Shown here: positions 7,049-14,643 of the stretch, piece after piece
How the letters are laid out: every line of letters begins with the position of its first letter
Numbering within the stretch: position 1 is the stretch's first letter
Assembly: GCF_003044035.1 (NCBI RefSeq)
Contig: NZ_NVQC01000030.1
Coordinates: 60,001-92,000, forward strand
Direction of reading: 5' to 3'
DNA: 32,000 bases
Origin: Candidatus Methylomirabilis limnetica
GTDB lineage: Bacteria > Methylomirabilota > Methylomirabilia > Methylomirabilales > Methylomirabilaceae
Notes under the pieces: generated by a model
Databases searched by the model: none
Told to the model about the DNA's origin: nothing
Seen by the model: the letters and a program-made list of their open reading frames with translations, nothing else
Program-made: the position numbers and the translations under genes

Positions 7049-10000
7049 ATGATCGTTGTGCATTCCGGAGTCTATGATGGCCGAGTGCTTCTCTGGGGCG
7101 AAACGTCTGCACAATCGGATGCTGTTCTTCCCACTAGGCGGCGCGGCCGAAAGCCGGAGGTCTCCCACCCCCCATCTCTTCCCTATGATCCCGAGGCCAA
7201 GGGGCTATCGGCGGCTCTGATGGAAGCGGGATTCAGCTTCGCAGCCGACAAAAAACGGATCGAGACCGTGATCGCCTGGATGCCCACCATGGACAAACAG
7301 CCGGTTGCATCCAGCCCCTTGATCGCTGAGCCGCCGAAGTCCCGCGCCAAACCCATCCTGACACCCTGGACGGTGACGACGCTTCCCCTTTCTCCCGAAC
7401 AAGCAGTCGAGGTTCTATGCGCCTGCGTGGGCAAGCAGACGTTGGCGCCGGGCGTAGTCGTCGGAAGCGATCTGGCGTTTTGGGCGACGGCCATGCGCTT
7501 CGCCGCAGCGCTCGTGGCCCGGCAGCAATTTCTTCCCGGAGTGACCGACGACACTGGAACCTATCGCGCCCGCTGGGGGCCGGTCTTTGCCGGACCAGAT
7601 GCCGACCGACTGGCCACGCTCGCCAAGGCCATGCCTCACATCTGTCGGGCGTTGACTCGTGAGAGCGTCTTGCCGCCGGAGACGCCGTCACGATCTGTGC
7701 TCTGCGACTTCATCGATGGGATTGTTGATTACCTCGTCCGCTCCCCGCTTCAAGCATGCGGGGACAAGCCTGCGCTCCTGACGCAGCCCTCACCGATCAA
7801 GTCAGGACTTGGGCGCAAGAAGCAGACGTCCACCCCTTCGGCTAGGCTCAGAGCCTGCCCCGGACTCGATCCGGGGACAGGCTTCGACAGCGTTCACGAC
7901 CAGTGGCTGTACGCCCTGCGGTCCCCTCATGGGATTATGGAGGGCGACGCGGCGGCGCTGGCGCAGTTTGCCGTTCAGGTTCGCGAATGGCAACACCCGA
8001 TCGCCGTCTCTACGGCCACCCCATTCCGGCTCTGCTTCCGCCTGGAGGAGCCCGAAGGCAACGGAGATGATAGTGGTGCGTGGTATGTCCGTTATCTGCT
8101 GCAGGCTGCTGACGATCCCAGCCTGCTCATCCCGGCGAAAGACGCCTGGAACGCCAAGGGGCCTCAGGCGTCGATTCTAAGAAGCGGCGGGTTCAAAGCT
8201 CGGGAATATCTGCTGTCGTCCCTGGGCCAGGTTTCGGGGATCTCCTCACACATCGAGGCCAGCCTGAAGACAGCCGCCCCGGGCGGTTACGAACTGGATT
8301 CAACCGGCGCCCATGGATTCCTTATCAACTCAGCAGCGGTGCTGGAACAGGCGGGTGTTGGGGTCCTGCTGCCGGCATGGTGGACGCGTAAGGGAACAAA
8401 GCTGCGCCTGACCGCCCGCGCTCATGTGAAGAGCCCCAAGATGCAAGGAGGCGGTGGGCTGTCCCTTGATTCGATTGTCCAGTTCGACTGGCAAATAGCC
8501 CTCGGTGGCGAGCGGCTCTCCCTCGAAGAACTCAAGGTCCTGGCGCGCCTCAAGCAGCCCCTGGTCAAGGTGCGCGGCCAGTGGGTACAGATGAACGCCG
8601 AGGAGATCCGTACAGCGCTTGATTTCTGGAAGAAGGCCGCAGGTCACGCTACCGCACGCGAGATTGTCCGGATGGCCTTGGGTGCGGGGAAGGCGCCGGA
8701 CGGCATCGCTTTCGAGGGCGTCACCGCCACAGGCTGGATCGCCGACCTGCTGTCCTCATTGGACGGGCGCGCCGCGTTTGAGTCTCTGCCCGCGCCGGAC
8801 GGATTCCAGGGAACGCTGCGTCCGTACCAGATGCGTGGCTATTCATGGCTGGCCTTCCTGCGGCGCTGGGGGCTGGGAGCGTGTCTGGCGGACGATATGG
8901 GACTCGGCAAAACCATTATGGCGCTGGCACTGATTCAACGGGACTGGGAAGCAGACGACAAACGGCCGGTGCTGCTGGTCTGCCCGACGTCTGTTGTCGG
9001 CAACTGGCAGAAAGAAGCCGCCGGCTTCACGCCCGATCTGCCCGTCATGGTCCACCACGGCATTGCCAGAACGAAAGGCGCTGAGTTGAAGACGAAGGCG
9101 CAAAAGCAGGCCCTGGTCATCTCCAGCTACGCACTCCTGCACCGGGATTTCGAGACCCTGAAAGAGGTGCCTTGGTCCGGCGTGATCCTCGACGAGGCGC
9201 AAAACATCAAGAACCCGGAGACCAAACAGGCGAAGGCCGCGCGGGCGCTAAAGGCAGGCTATCGCATTGCGCTCACCGGCACCCCTGTAGAGAACAACAT
9301 CGGCGATCTATGGTCCATCATCGAGTTCCTCAACCCAGGCTTCCTCGGCACGCAGAGCGAGTTCAAGCGGACGTTCTTCGTCCCCATCCAGGCCAACCGC
9401 GACCAGGAGGCGGTGAAGCATCTGAAAGGCCTGACCGGGCCGTTCATCCTGCGGCGGCTCAAGACTGATAAGTCCATCATCACCGATTTGCCAGAGAAGA
9501 TGGAGATGAAGGTTTTCTGCACGCTGACCAGGGAGCAGGCGTCGCTCTACGCCGCCGTGGTCAAAGACGCCACCTCCAAGCTGAACTCTTCCAAGGGCAT
9601 CCAGCGCAAGGGTGTGGTGTTGGCGACGCTGTCGAAGCTCAAGCAGGTCTGCAACCACCCGGCGCAGTTGCTGGGTGACAACTCCGCGATCCCCGGACGC
9701 TCGGGTAAGTTAGCCCGTTTAACCGAAATGCTGGAGGAGATTATCCAGGTCGGGGACCGTGCGCTGGTCTTCTCGCAGTTCGCCGAGATGGGCGACATCC
9801 TCCGACGGCACCTGCAAGAGGTGTTCGGACGCGAGGTGCTCTTCCTGCATGGAGGGGTCTCACAGCCGCAGCGAAACCGCATGGTCGAGCGCTTCCAGGC
9901 CGGCGGTGACGGCCCGCAGATCTTTCTCCTGTCCCTCAAGGCCGGCGGCGTCGGCTTGAACCTGACACGCGCCAACCACGTCTTCCACTTCGACCGCTGG

Positions 10001-10243
10001 TGGAACCCGGCGGTGGAGAACCAGGCAACCGACCGCGTCTTTCGCATCGGCCAGACCAAAAACGTTCAGGTCCACAAGTTCCTCTGTGTGGGAACCCTGG
10101 AAGAGAAGATCGACGAGATGATCGAGCGCAAGCAGGAGATCGCTGAGGGGGTAGTTGGGACGGGAGAGGGCTGGCTGACCGAACTTTCAACTACTGCACT
10201 CAAGGACCTCTTCACGCTACGAAAAGAAGCGATAGGGGAATAG
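7049..10243 (+). CDS. SNF2-family helicase/ATPase with long N-terminal SNF2-associated region
   Basis: Motifs LRPYQ, DDMGLGKT, DEAQNIKN, LTGTPVEN and QATDRVFRIGQ. ATG at 7049 has AAAGGGA 8 nt upstream; the track's 7043 start is a TTG. Confidence 0.92.
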   Translation: MIVVHSGVYDGRVLLWGETSAQSDAVLPTRRRGRKPEVSHPPSLPYDPEAKGLSAALMEAGFSFAADKKRIETVIAWMPTMDKQPVASSPLIAEPPKSRAKPILTPWTVTTLPLSPEQAVEVLCACVGKQTLAPGVVVGSDLAFWATAMRFAAALVARQQFLPGVTDDTGTYRARWGPVFAGPDADRLATLAKAMPHICRALTRESVLPPETPSRSVLCDFIDGIVDYLVRSPLQACGDKPALLTQPSPIKSGLGRKKQTSTPSARLRACPGLDPGTGFDSVHDQWLYALRSPHGIMEGDAAALAQFAVQVREWQHPIAVSTATPFRLCFRLEEPEGNGDDSGAWYVRYLLQAADDPSLLIPAKDAWNAKGPQASILRSGGFKAREYLLSSLGQVSGISSHIEASLKTAAPGGYELDSTGAHGFLINSAAVLEQAGVGVLLPAWWTRKGTKLRLTARAHVKSPKMQGGGGLSLDSIVQFDWQIALGGERLSLEELKVLARLKQPLVKVRGQWVQMNAEEIRTALDFWKKAAGHATAREIVRMALGAGKAPDGIAFEGVTATGWIADLLSSLDGRAAFESLPAPDGFQGTLRPYQMRGYSWLAFLRRWGLGACLADDMGLGKTIMALALIQRDWEADDKRPVLLVCPTSVVGNWQKEAAGFTPDLPVMVHHGIARTKGAELKTKAQKQALVISSYALLHRDFETLKEVPWSGVILDEAQNIKNPETKQAKAARALKAGYRIALTGTPVENNIGDLWSIIEFLNPGFLGTQSEFKRTFFVPIQANRDQEAVKHLKGLTGPFILRRLKTDKSIITDLPEKMEMKVFCTLTREQASLYAAVVKDATSKLNSSKGIQRKGVVLATLSKLKQVCNHPAQLLGDNSAIPGRSGKLARLTEMLEEIIQVGDRALVFSQFAEMGDILRRHLQEVFGREVLFLHGGVSQPQRNRMVERFQAGGDGPQIFLLSLKAGGVGLNLTRANHVFHFDRWWNPAVENQATDRVFRIGQTKNVQVHKFLCVGTLEEKIDEMIERKQEIAEGVVGTGEGWLTELSTTALKDLFTLRKEAIGE

Positions 10244-10245
10244 AT

Positions 10246-11142
10246 ATGGCTTGGCGACGGTATCATGACTATGGATACTTCCCGCCTTCGCGCCCGCGGG
10301 AGGCCAAGGGCGGGATCAAGGCTCACTCCCAACGCGGTACGTTTGGGGAAAGCTGGTGGGCCAAGCGATGGATTGCTGTGCTGGAGGGCTTCCAGATCGG
10401 CGCTCGGTTGGGCCGGGGCCGCTCCTACGCCCGCCAGGGCCAGGTCCTCTCCATCGATATCGACAAGGGGACGGTCAAGGCGAAGGTGCAGGGATCCCGG
10501 TCCACGCCTTACGACATCACGATCCAGGTCAAGGCGCTATCGGCCGCCAACTGGCAGAAGTTGATCGGGGCGCTGTCTCAGCAGGCCATCTTTGCGGCCA
10601 AGCTTATGGCCGGAGAGATGCCACAAGAGATCGAGCAGGCGTTCAAGGGCGTGGGGCTGTCGCTCTTCCCTGAACAGCTTCAAGACCTTGGTACGGACTG
10701 CTCCTGCCCGGACTGGTCGAATCCCTGCAAACATATCGCGGCGGTCTATTATCTGTTGGGTGAGGAGTTCCACCGCGACCCGTTTGTCATCTTCAAGCTG
10801 CGCGGGAAGAGCCGAGAGGAGCTGATCGGGCTCTTAGGCGCTACCGGTGGAAAAACCACCAAAATAGACACCCGGAGAAAGTCCACCCCCACCGTGACGG
10901 GAGCAAAGGTCCCCCTGCCACCAGAGCCACTTGCTGCAGACATCTCCAGCTTTTGGAACGGTAGCAGCCTGCCTGAGGAGCTGTTTGGCGAGGTCCGGGT
11001 GCCGTCTGTGCCTGCGGCGTTGCTCAAGCGGCTGGGCGGCTTCCCTTTTTGGCGGGGTGAAGAACGATTCCAGGGGGCCGTCGAGCCGATCTACACCCAG
11101 GCGTCACCACGCGGCCTGGAGATCTTTCTCACGTGGAGATGA
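10246..11142 (+). CDS. SWIM zinc-finger protein
   Basis: CSCPDWSNPCKHIAAVYY is a CxCx(n)CxH SWIM motif. Start is 3 nt after the SNF2 stop, with AGGGGAA as ribosome-binding site. Confidence 0.85.
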   Translation: MAWRRYHDYGYFPPSRPREAKGGIKAHSQRGTFGESWWAKRWIAVLEGFQIGARLGRGRSYARQGQVLSIDIDKGTVKAKVQGSRSTPYDITIQVKALSAANWQKLIGALSQQAIFAAKLMAGEMPQEIEQAFKGVGLSLFPEQLQDLGTDCSCPDWSNPCKHIAAVYYLLGEEFHRDPFVIFKLRGKSREELIGLLGATGGKTTKIDTRRKSTPTVTGAKVPLPPEPLAADISSFWNGSSLPEELFGEVRVPSVPAALLKRLGGFPFWRGEERFQGAVEPIYTQASPRGLEIFLTWR

Positions 11143-11152
11143 TCCGGCAATC

Positions 11153-11331
11153 GTAACTACTCAGGTAGATAGACTGTAGGCTTTTAGACTGTAGGAACGT
11201 GCACAGACGAGCCAAGCATTTCCGAATGCGACGCGAAAATTATGGAGACCGAAAAGGTTCTGGGTGCCTTGATTAGGTCGATGCGCAACGACTAACAGCC
11301 TTCAGCCTACAGCCTAAACACCTGAGTAGTT
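11153..11331 (+). mobile_element. MITE-like miniature element derived from a four-helix-bundle (23S-IVS-type) gene, copy 1
   Basis: Terminal inverted repeats AACTACTCAGGT... match at 23 of 27 positions. A perfect 10-bp direct repeat TCCGGCAATC flanks the element at 11143-11152 and 11332-11341. Carries the relic ORF METEKVLGALIRSMRND*. Confidence 0.8.
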
Positions 11332-11388
11332 TCCGGCAATCTTGTTGAAGCCGGCGTTCAAGGCCCGGATGTTCGCGGAGGTGCAACC

Positions 11389-11691
11389 ATGAGCGTGAAA
11401 ATTGATATTCCCAAAAAGAAGATTGCCGAGTTTTGCCGGCGCAACCGGATTCGCCGGCTGGCGTTTTTCGGGTCGGTGCTGCGCGACGATTTCGGGCCCG
11501 ACAGCGACGTGGACGTCCTGGTCGAATTCGAATCCAGCGCGCGGGTGGGCCTGATTACGCTGTCGGGAATGGAGATCGATTTGAGCCGGCTGCTGGAACG
11601 CAAGGTGGAAATACACACGGTCAAGGGCTTGAACCCGTACTTCCGGGATGAAGTATTGCAGGCGGCGGAGGCGCAATATGAGCAAGCATGA
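11389..11691 (+). CDS. MntA-type nucleotidyltransferase antitoxin
   Basis: FGSVLRDDFGPDSDVDVLVEF is the GS...DxD motif. GGAGGT lies upstream of the start. Overlaps the HEPN gene. Confidence 0.85.
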   Translation: MSVKIDIPKKKIAEFCRRNRIRRLAFFGSVLRDDFGPDSDVDVLVEFESSARVGLITLSGMEIDLSRLLERKVEIHTVKGLNPYFRDEVLQAAEAQYEQA

Positions 11692-12019
11692 CGATCAGGT
11701 GAGCCTCAAGGATATGCTCAGTCACGCTCGCGAAGCCGTCGACTTGCTGGGCGGCTCGATTCGGGAGGAATTGGCTGCCAATCGTGTGCTGCAACTGGCG
11801 CTGACGCAGTTGGTGGAGATCATCGGCGAGGCTGCCAATCGCATGTCTCAACCGACACAATCGCGTCACCCGGAGATACCGTGGCTCCAGATTATTGGCA
11901 TGCGTAACCGGCTTGTTCATGGGTACGATGTCATCGACTTCGATTTGCTCTGGGACACCATCACCACTGATCTGCCCCCGCTCATCGACGCGTTGCAAGA
12001 GATCGTGGAGGATGCCTGA
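11678..12019 (+). CDS. HepT-type HEPN (DUF86) RNase toxin
   Basis: RNRLVHGYDVIDFDLLW contains the Rx4H HEPN motif. ATG at 11678 overlaps the upstream nucleotidyltransferase gene by 14 nt. Confidence 0.85.
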   Translation: MSKHDDQVSLKDMLSHAREAVDLLGGSIREELAANRVLQLALTQLVEIIGEAANRMSQPTQSRHPEIPWLQIIGMRNRLVHGYDVIDFDLLWDTITTDLPPLIDALQEIVEDA

Positions 12020-12028
12020 GACATGGCC

Positions 12029-12113
12029 CGAGCGCACCGACGCGATCCTCGCTCGTCTGCTTGCGTTAGATGATAGCGCTATTGCAGAGCTGCTCCGCGA
12101 TGGTGTGGTATAA
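12029..12113 (+). pseudogene. relic 3' end of a family III CoA-transferase gene (contains att-like core copy 2 at 12029-12050)
   Basis: Encodes ...ERTDAILARLLALDDSAIAELLRDGVV*, colinear with the tail of the 2305-3495 gene (...EHTDAILREVLDLGDDAISELHRDGVV*). No upstream coding body is present. Confidence 0.7.
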
Positions 12114-12273
12114 AAAGTACGGGGGAGGCAACTCCGATGTGCGTGTGGATGCCGTTGATCACGGCCGTGATCGCATGATCGGGAGAGGCTCACCAGCGAC
12201 TGAAACAGGCTGGGGTCAAAGGTAACGTTAGACGCGCGAGCGATTGGCCACAGTCTCTCGGGTTCAAAGGGTG

Positions 12274-13122
12274 ATGACGATGACTCCTGAAGATGTCTAC
12301 CGCAGTATCGATCGGCTTGTAGGTTTCATCCTGCGCTATGCCATCACGCTGGCAGCGATCAGCGCACTTTCAATGGCTTTGATCGAGACGTTCAAGGCGC
12401 TATTCAGTTGGCGAGATCGGTTTCACAAGCGGCGGGTCCGCGACTGGATCCAGAGCGTGGAGATCCCTCCAGAGGCCTTCATAGAGATCGGCCGCCCACC
12501 CCTCGTCAACCATTCCGATTTTCGTGAGCGTGTGTACTCCCAGTTGATCCGGCTTACGACAGGAGAGACGGTCGACCCATCGGCCATGGGCAAGAGTATT
12601 GAGTGGACGCCCTGGGTTATTTCCCCTGATAACGCGCTGTTTGCCCTTGAGTTGGAGAAGATGATGGGGCAGATTCAGGACGCGGCCGACGCCGCGCTGG
12701 AGCATCCGAATATCAACCCTGAGCTTTACCTGTTCTTCAGCGCAGCAGCCCATCCCGATAATGACGACCACATTCGTTGGTTCATCTGGGCGCAACAGCC
12801 TCCGGCCTCGACGGCGGACGATCCAGCGCGCGCCAAGAGTCAGGCCGACACCTACGTGCGCCTGCGCCGGTTCATTCGGCGGCGGCTTGACGCGTTCCAA
12901 CTTACGATGAGCTACCGGTGGCAGACGGGCAATCAGGTGGCTTCGGTGCTCCTTGGGGCAGTGGCGTTGTTCGGGTGCCTCGTGTACCTCGCTTGGACCA
13001 ACCCTCCCCAAAACCCGCTTGATTGGGTTATGCTTGTCGTCGTATCGCTGGCAGGTGGAATCATGGCGCCGGCAGCTAAGGATTTGGTGATGGCCCTCAA
13101 GCGGGTGCGGAGCGGTGGCTAG
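12274..13122 (+). CDS. hypothetical membrane protein (about 3 predicted TM segments), no family recognised
   Basis: Long ORF with hydrophobic stretches ITLAAISALSMALI, VASVLLGAVALFGCLVYLAW and VMLVVVSLAGGIMAPA. Start is uncertain (12244 TTG, 12271 GTG or 12274 ATG). Confidence 0.55.
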   Translation: MTMTPEDVYRSIDRLVGFILRYAITLAAISALSMALIETFKALFSWRDRFHKRRVRDWIQSVEIPPEAFIEIGRPPLVNHSDFRERVYSQLIRLTTGETVDPSAMGKSIEWTPWVISPDNALFALELEKMMGQIQDAADAALEHPNINPELYLFFSAAAHPDNDDHIRWFIWAQQPPASTADDPARAKSQADTYVRLRRFIRRRLDAFQLTMSYRWQTGNQVASVLLGAVALFGCLVYLAWTNPPQNPLDWVMLVVVSLAGGIMAPAAKDLVMALKRVRSGG

Positions 13123-13323
13123 GTATTTCGATCCACCCGAGGACTACAGACCCGGACTCGCTTTCCAGCTTCGCGAGCGGAAAGAGGGTGGAGACCTGCA
13201 GCCTGAGGTTCGTCAGTCGCCGCCGCTCGCCACGCGCACGCCGGGCGCCGCTCCTCGGACAAGTACGGCCGAGACGCGCGAGTTGGGCCACGCCCGAGTA
13301 ATTCGGTAAGCTCGAATCTGTGC

Positions 13324-14640
13324 TTATCTCTCCGTACCCCGGTACGACCAGTCCAACAGCTCGACGGGGTGCAGAACCCGGATCTGAAGTCCACGCTCCC
13401 TGAGGCCCTTCTCGATCTGGAGGGAGCAGCCGGGGTTGCCGCTCAGCACTACGTCAGCCCCCGTCTCCCTGATCCGCTCGACCTTGCGATCGAGCAACTG
13501 CTGAGCCACGTCGGGATGAAGGAGATTGTAGATCCCGGCGCTGCCGCAGCAGAAGTCGGATTCTCTCAGCTCGACCAACCGGAGGCCCGGGATCGTATTC
13601 AGCAGTCGCCTCGGCTCCTGCCGAATCTTCTGGCCGTGCACCAGATGACCGGCGTCATGATAGGTAACCGTCAGGTTCAGCGGCTGGAGCTTACCGCATA
13701 ACGGGAGCCCAGCCAGAAGCTCTGAGACATCCCGCACCTTCCTACTGAAGGCCTCAGCCCGCTTGGCGTAGTCTGGGTCAGCTTGGAACAGCTCCCAATA
13801 CTCCTTCATCACCGAGCCGCACCCCGCCGCGTTCACAGCGATAACATCGACGTTCGCCAGCTCGAAGCACTCGATTGTCCGCCGCGCCAGCAGCTTCCCT
13901 CGTTCCCGCTCCCCCTCGTGAACCAGGAGCGAACCGCAGCACTCTTGGTTCCTTGGCACCACCACCTCGTAGCCATTCTCGCTCAGAACCCGGACCGTGG
14001 CAGCATTCACGTGGGCGAAGAAGAACCGTTGGACGCAGCCGAGCAGGAGCCCAACCCGCCCACGCCTCTGACCTTTGGCTGGTGTGACCTCGGGGAGCTC
14101 GCCCAGGCAAGGGGCCGCGATCTCGGGAAGAAGGGCCTCCATCTGGCCAAGACGGCCAAAGAAGCTCAAGAGCCCTGAAGCCCTAATGAGCCGCTGCAGG
14201 CCCAACCTCTGATACAACCGAAGGAGGCTGGTAAGCGTCCGCAGGCGACCGAGATCGGTGAAAGTGTGCAGAATGAAATCGCGGAAACGCCGCTCGGCAG
14301 GGGGGTACTGATAGCGCCGCGCGATCTGGCCTCTGGCCGCCTCCATCAGGAAGCCAAACTTCACGCCCGAAGGGCAGGCCGTCTCGCAGGCCCGGCAGAG
14401 GAGGCAGAGGTCCATGTGCTTGACGAAGCTGTCAGAGGCGCCGATCTTCCCTTCTGAAGCGGTCCGAATGAGGTAGAGCCGTCCGCGCGGGCTATCCATC
14501 TCGTTGCCGAGAACAAGGTAGGTGGGACAGGTCGGCAGGCAGAACCCGCAGTGGATGCAGTCGAGATAGAGTTCCGGATCAGGTGGGTCGAGTTGGTCAA
14601 AGGCGCCGGCGCCGATCGTTTCTGCTGACTGGCTCACCAT
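13324..14640 (-). CDS. glcF: GlcF-like (Fe-S)-binding oxidoreductase subunit with CCG domains
   Basis: Two ferredoxin motifs, CIHCGFCLPTCPTY and CLLCRACETACPSG. Two CCG-type cysteine motifs, ECCGS and FCCGSAG. Confidence 0.8.
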   Translation of the reverse strand: MVSQSAETIGAGAFDQLDPPDPELYLDCIHCGFCLPTCPTYLVLGNEMDSPRGRLYLIRTASEGKIGASDSFVKHMDLCLLCRACETACPSGVKFGFLMEAARGQIARRYQYPPAERRFRDFILHTFTDLGRLRTLTSLLRLYQRLGLQRLIRASGLLSFFGRLGQMEALLPEIAAPCLGELPEVTPAKGQRRGRVGLLLGCVQRFFFAHVNAATVRVLSENGYEVVVPRNQECCGSLLVHEGERERGKLLARRTIECFELANVDVIAVNAAGCGSVMKEYWELFQADPDYAKRAEAFSRKVRDVSELLAGLPLCGKLQPLNLTVTYHDAGHLVHGQKIRQEPRRLLNTIPGLRLVELRESDFCCGSAGIYNLLHPDVAQQLLDRKVERIRETGADVVLSGNPGCSLQIEKGLRERGLQIRVLHPVELLDWSYRGTER

Positions 14641-14643
14641 CTG

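Noticed and set aside
5659-7168. Long ORFs 5659-6711 (minus), 6033-7052 (plus) and 6632-7168 (minus)
   Set aside because: All overlap the AAA+/DUF4143 gene. Their translations are Arg/Ala/Gly/Pro-rich with no motifs. They are explained by the extreme GC3 of the real frame.
3496-12028. Integrase, recombinase or transposase gene inside the island
   Set aside because: I checked all ORFs on both strands. None shows tyrosine- or serine-recombinase motifs or DDE-transposase motifs.
13123-13323. Imperfect hairpin CTTTCCAGCTTCGCGAGCGGAAAG between convergent genes, considered as a bidirectional terminator; also ORFs 13115-13309 and 13119-13394
   Set aside because: The stem is interrupted and lacks a T/A tract. 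The ORFs are Arg/Pro-rich with no support.
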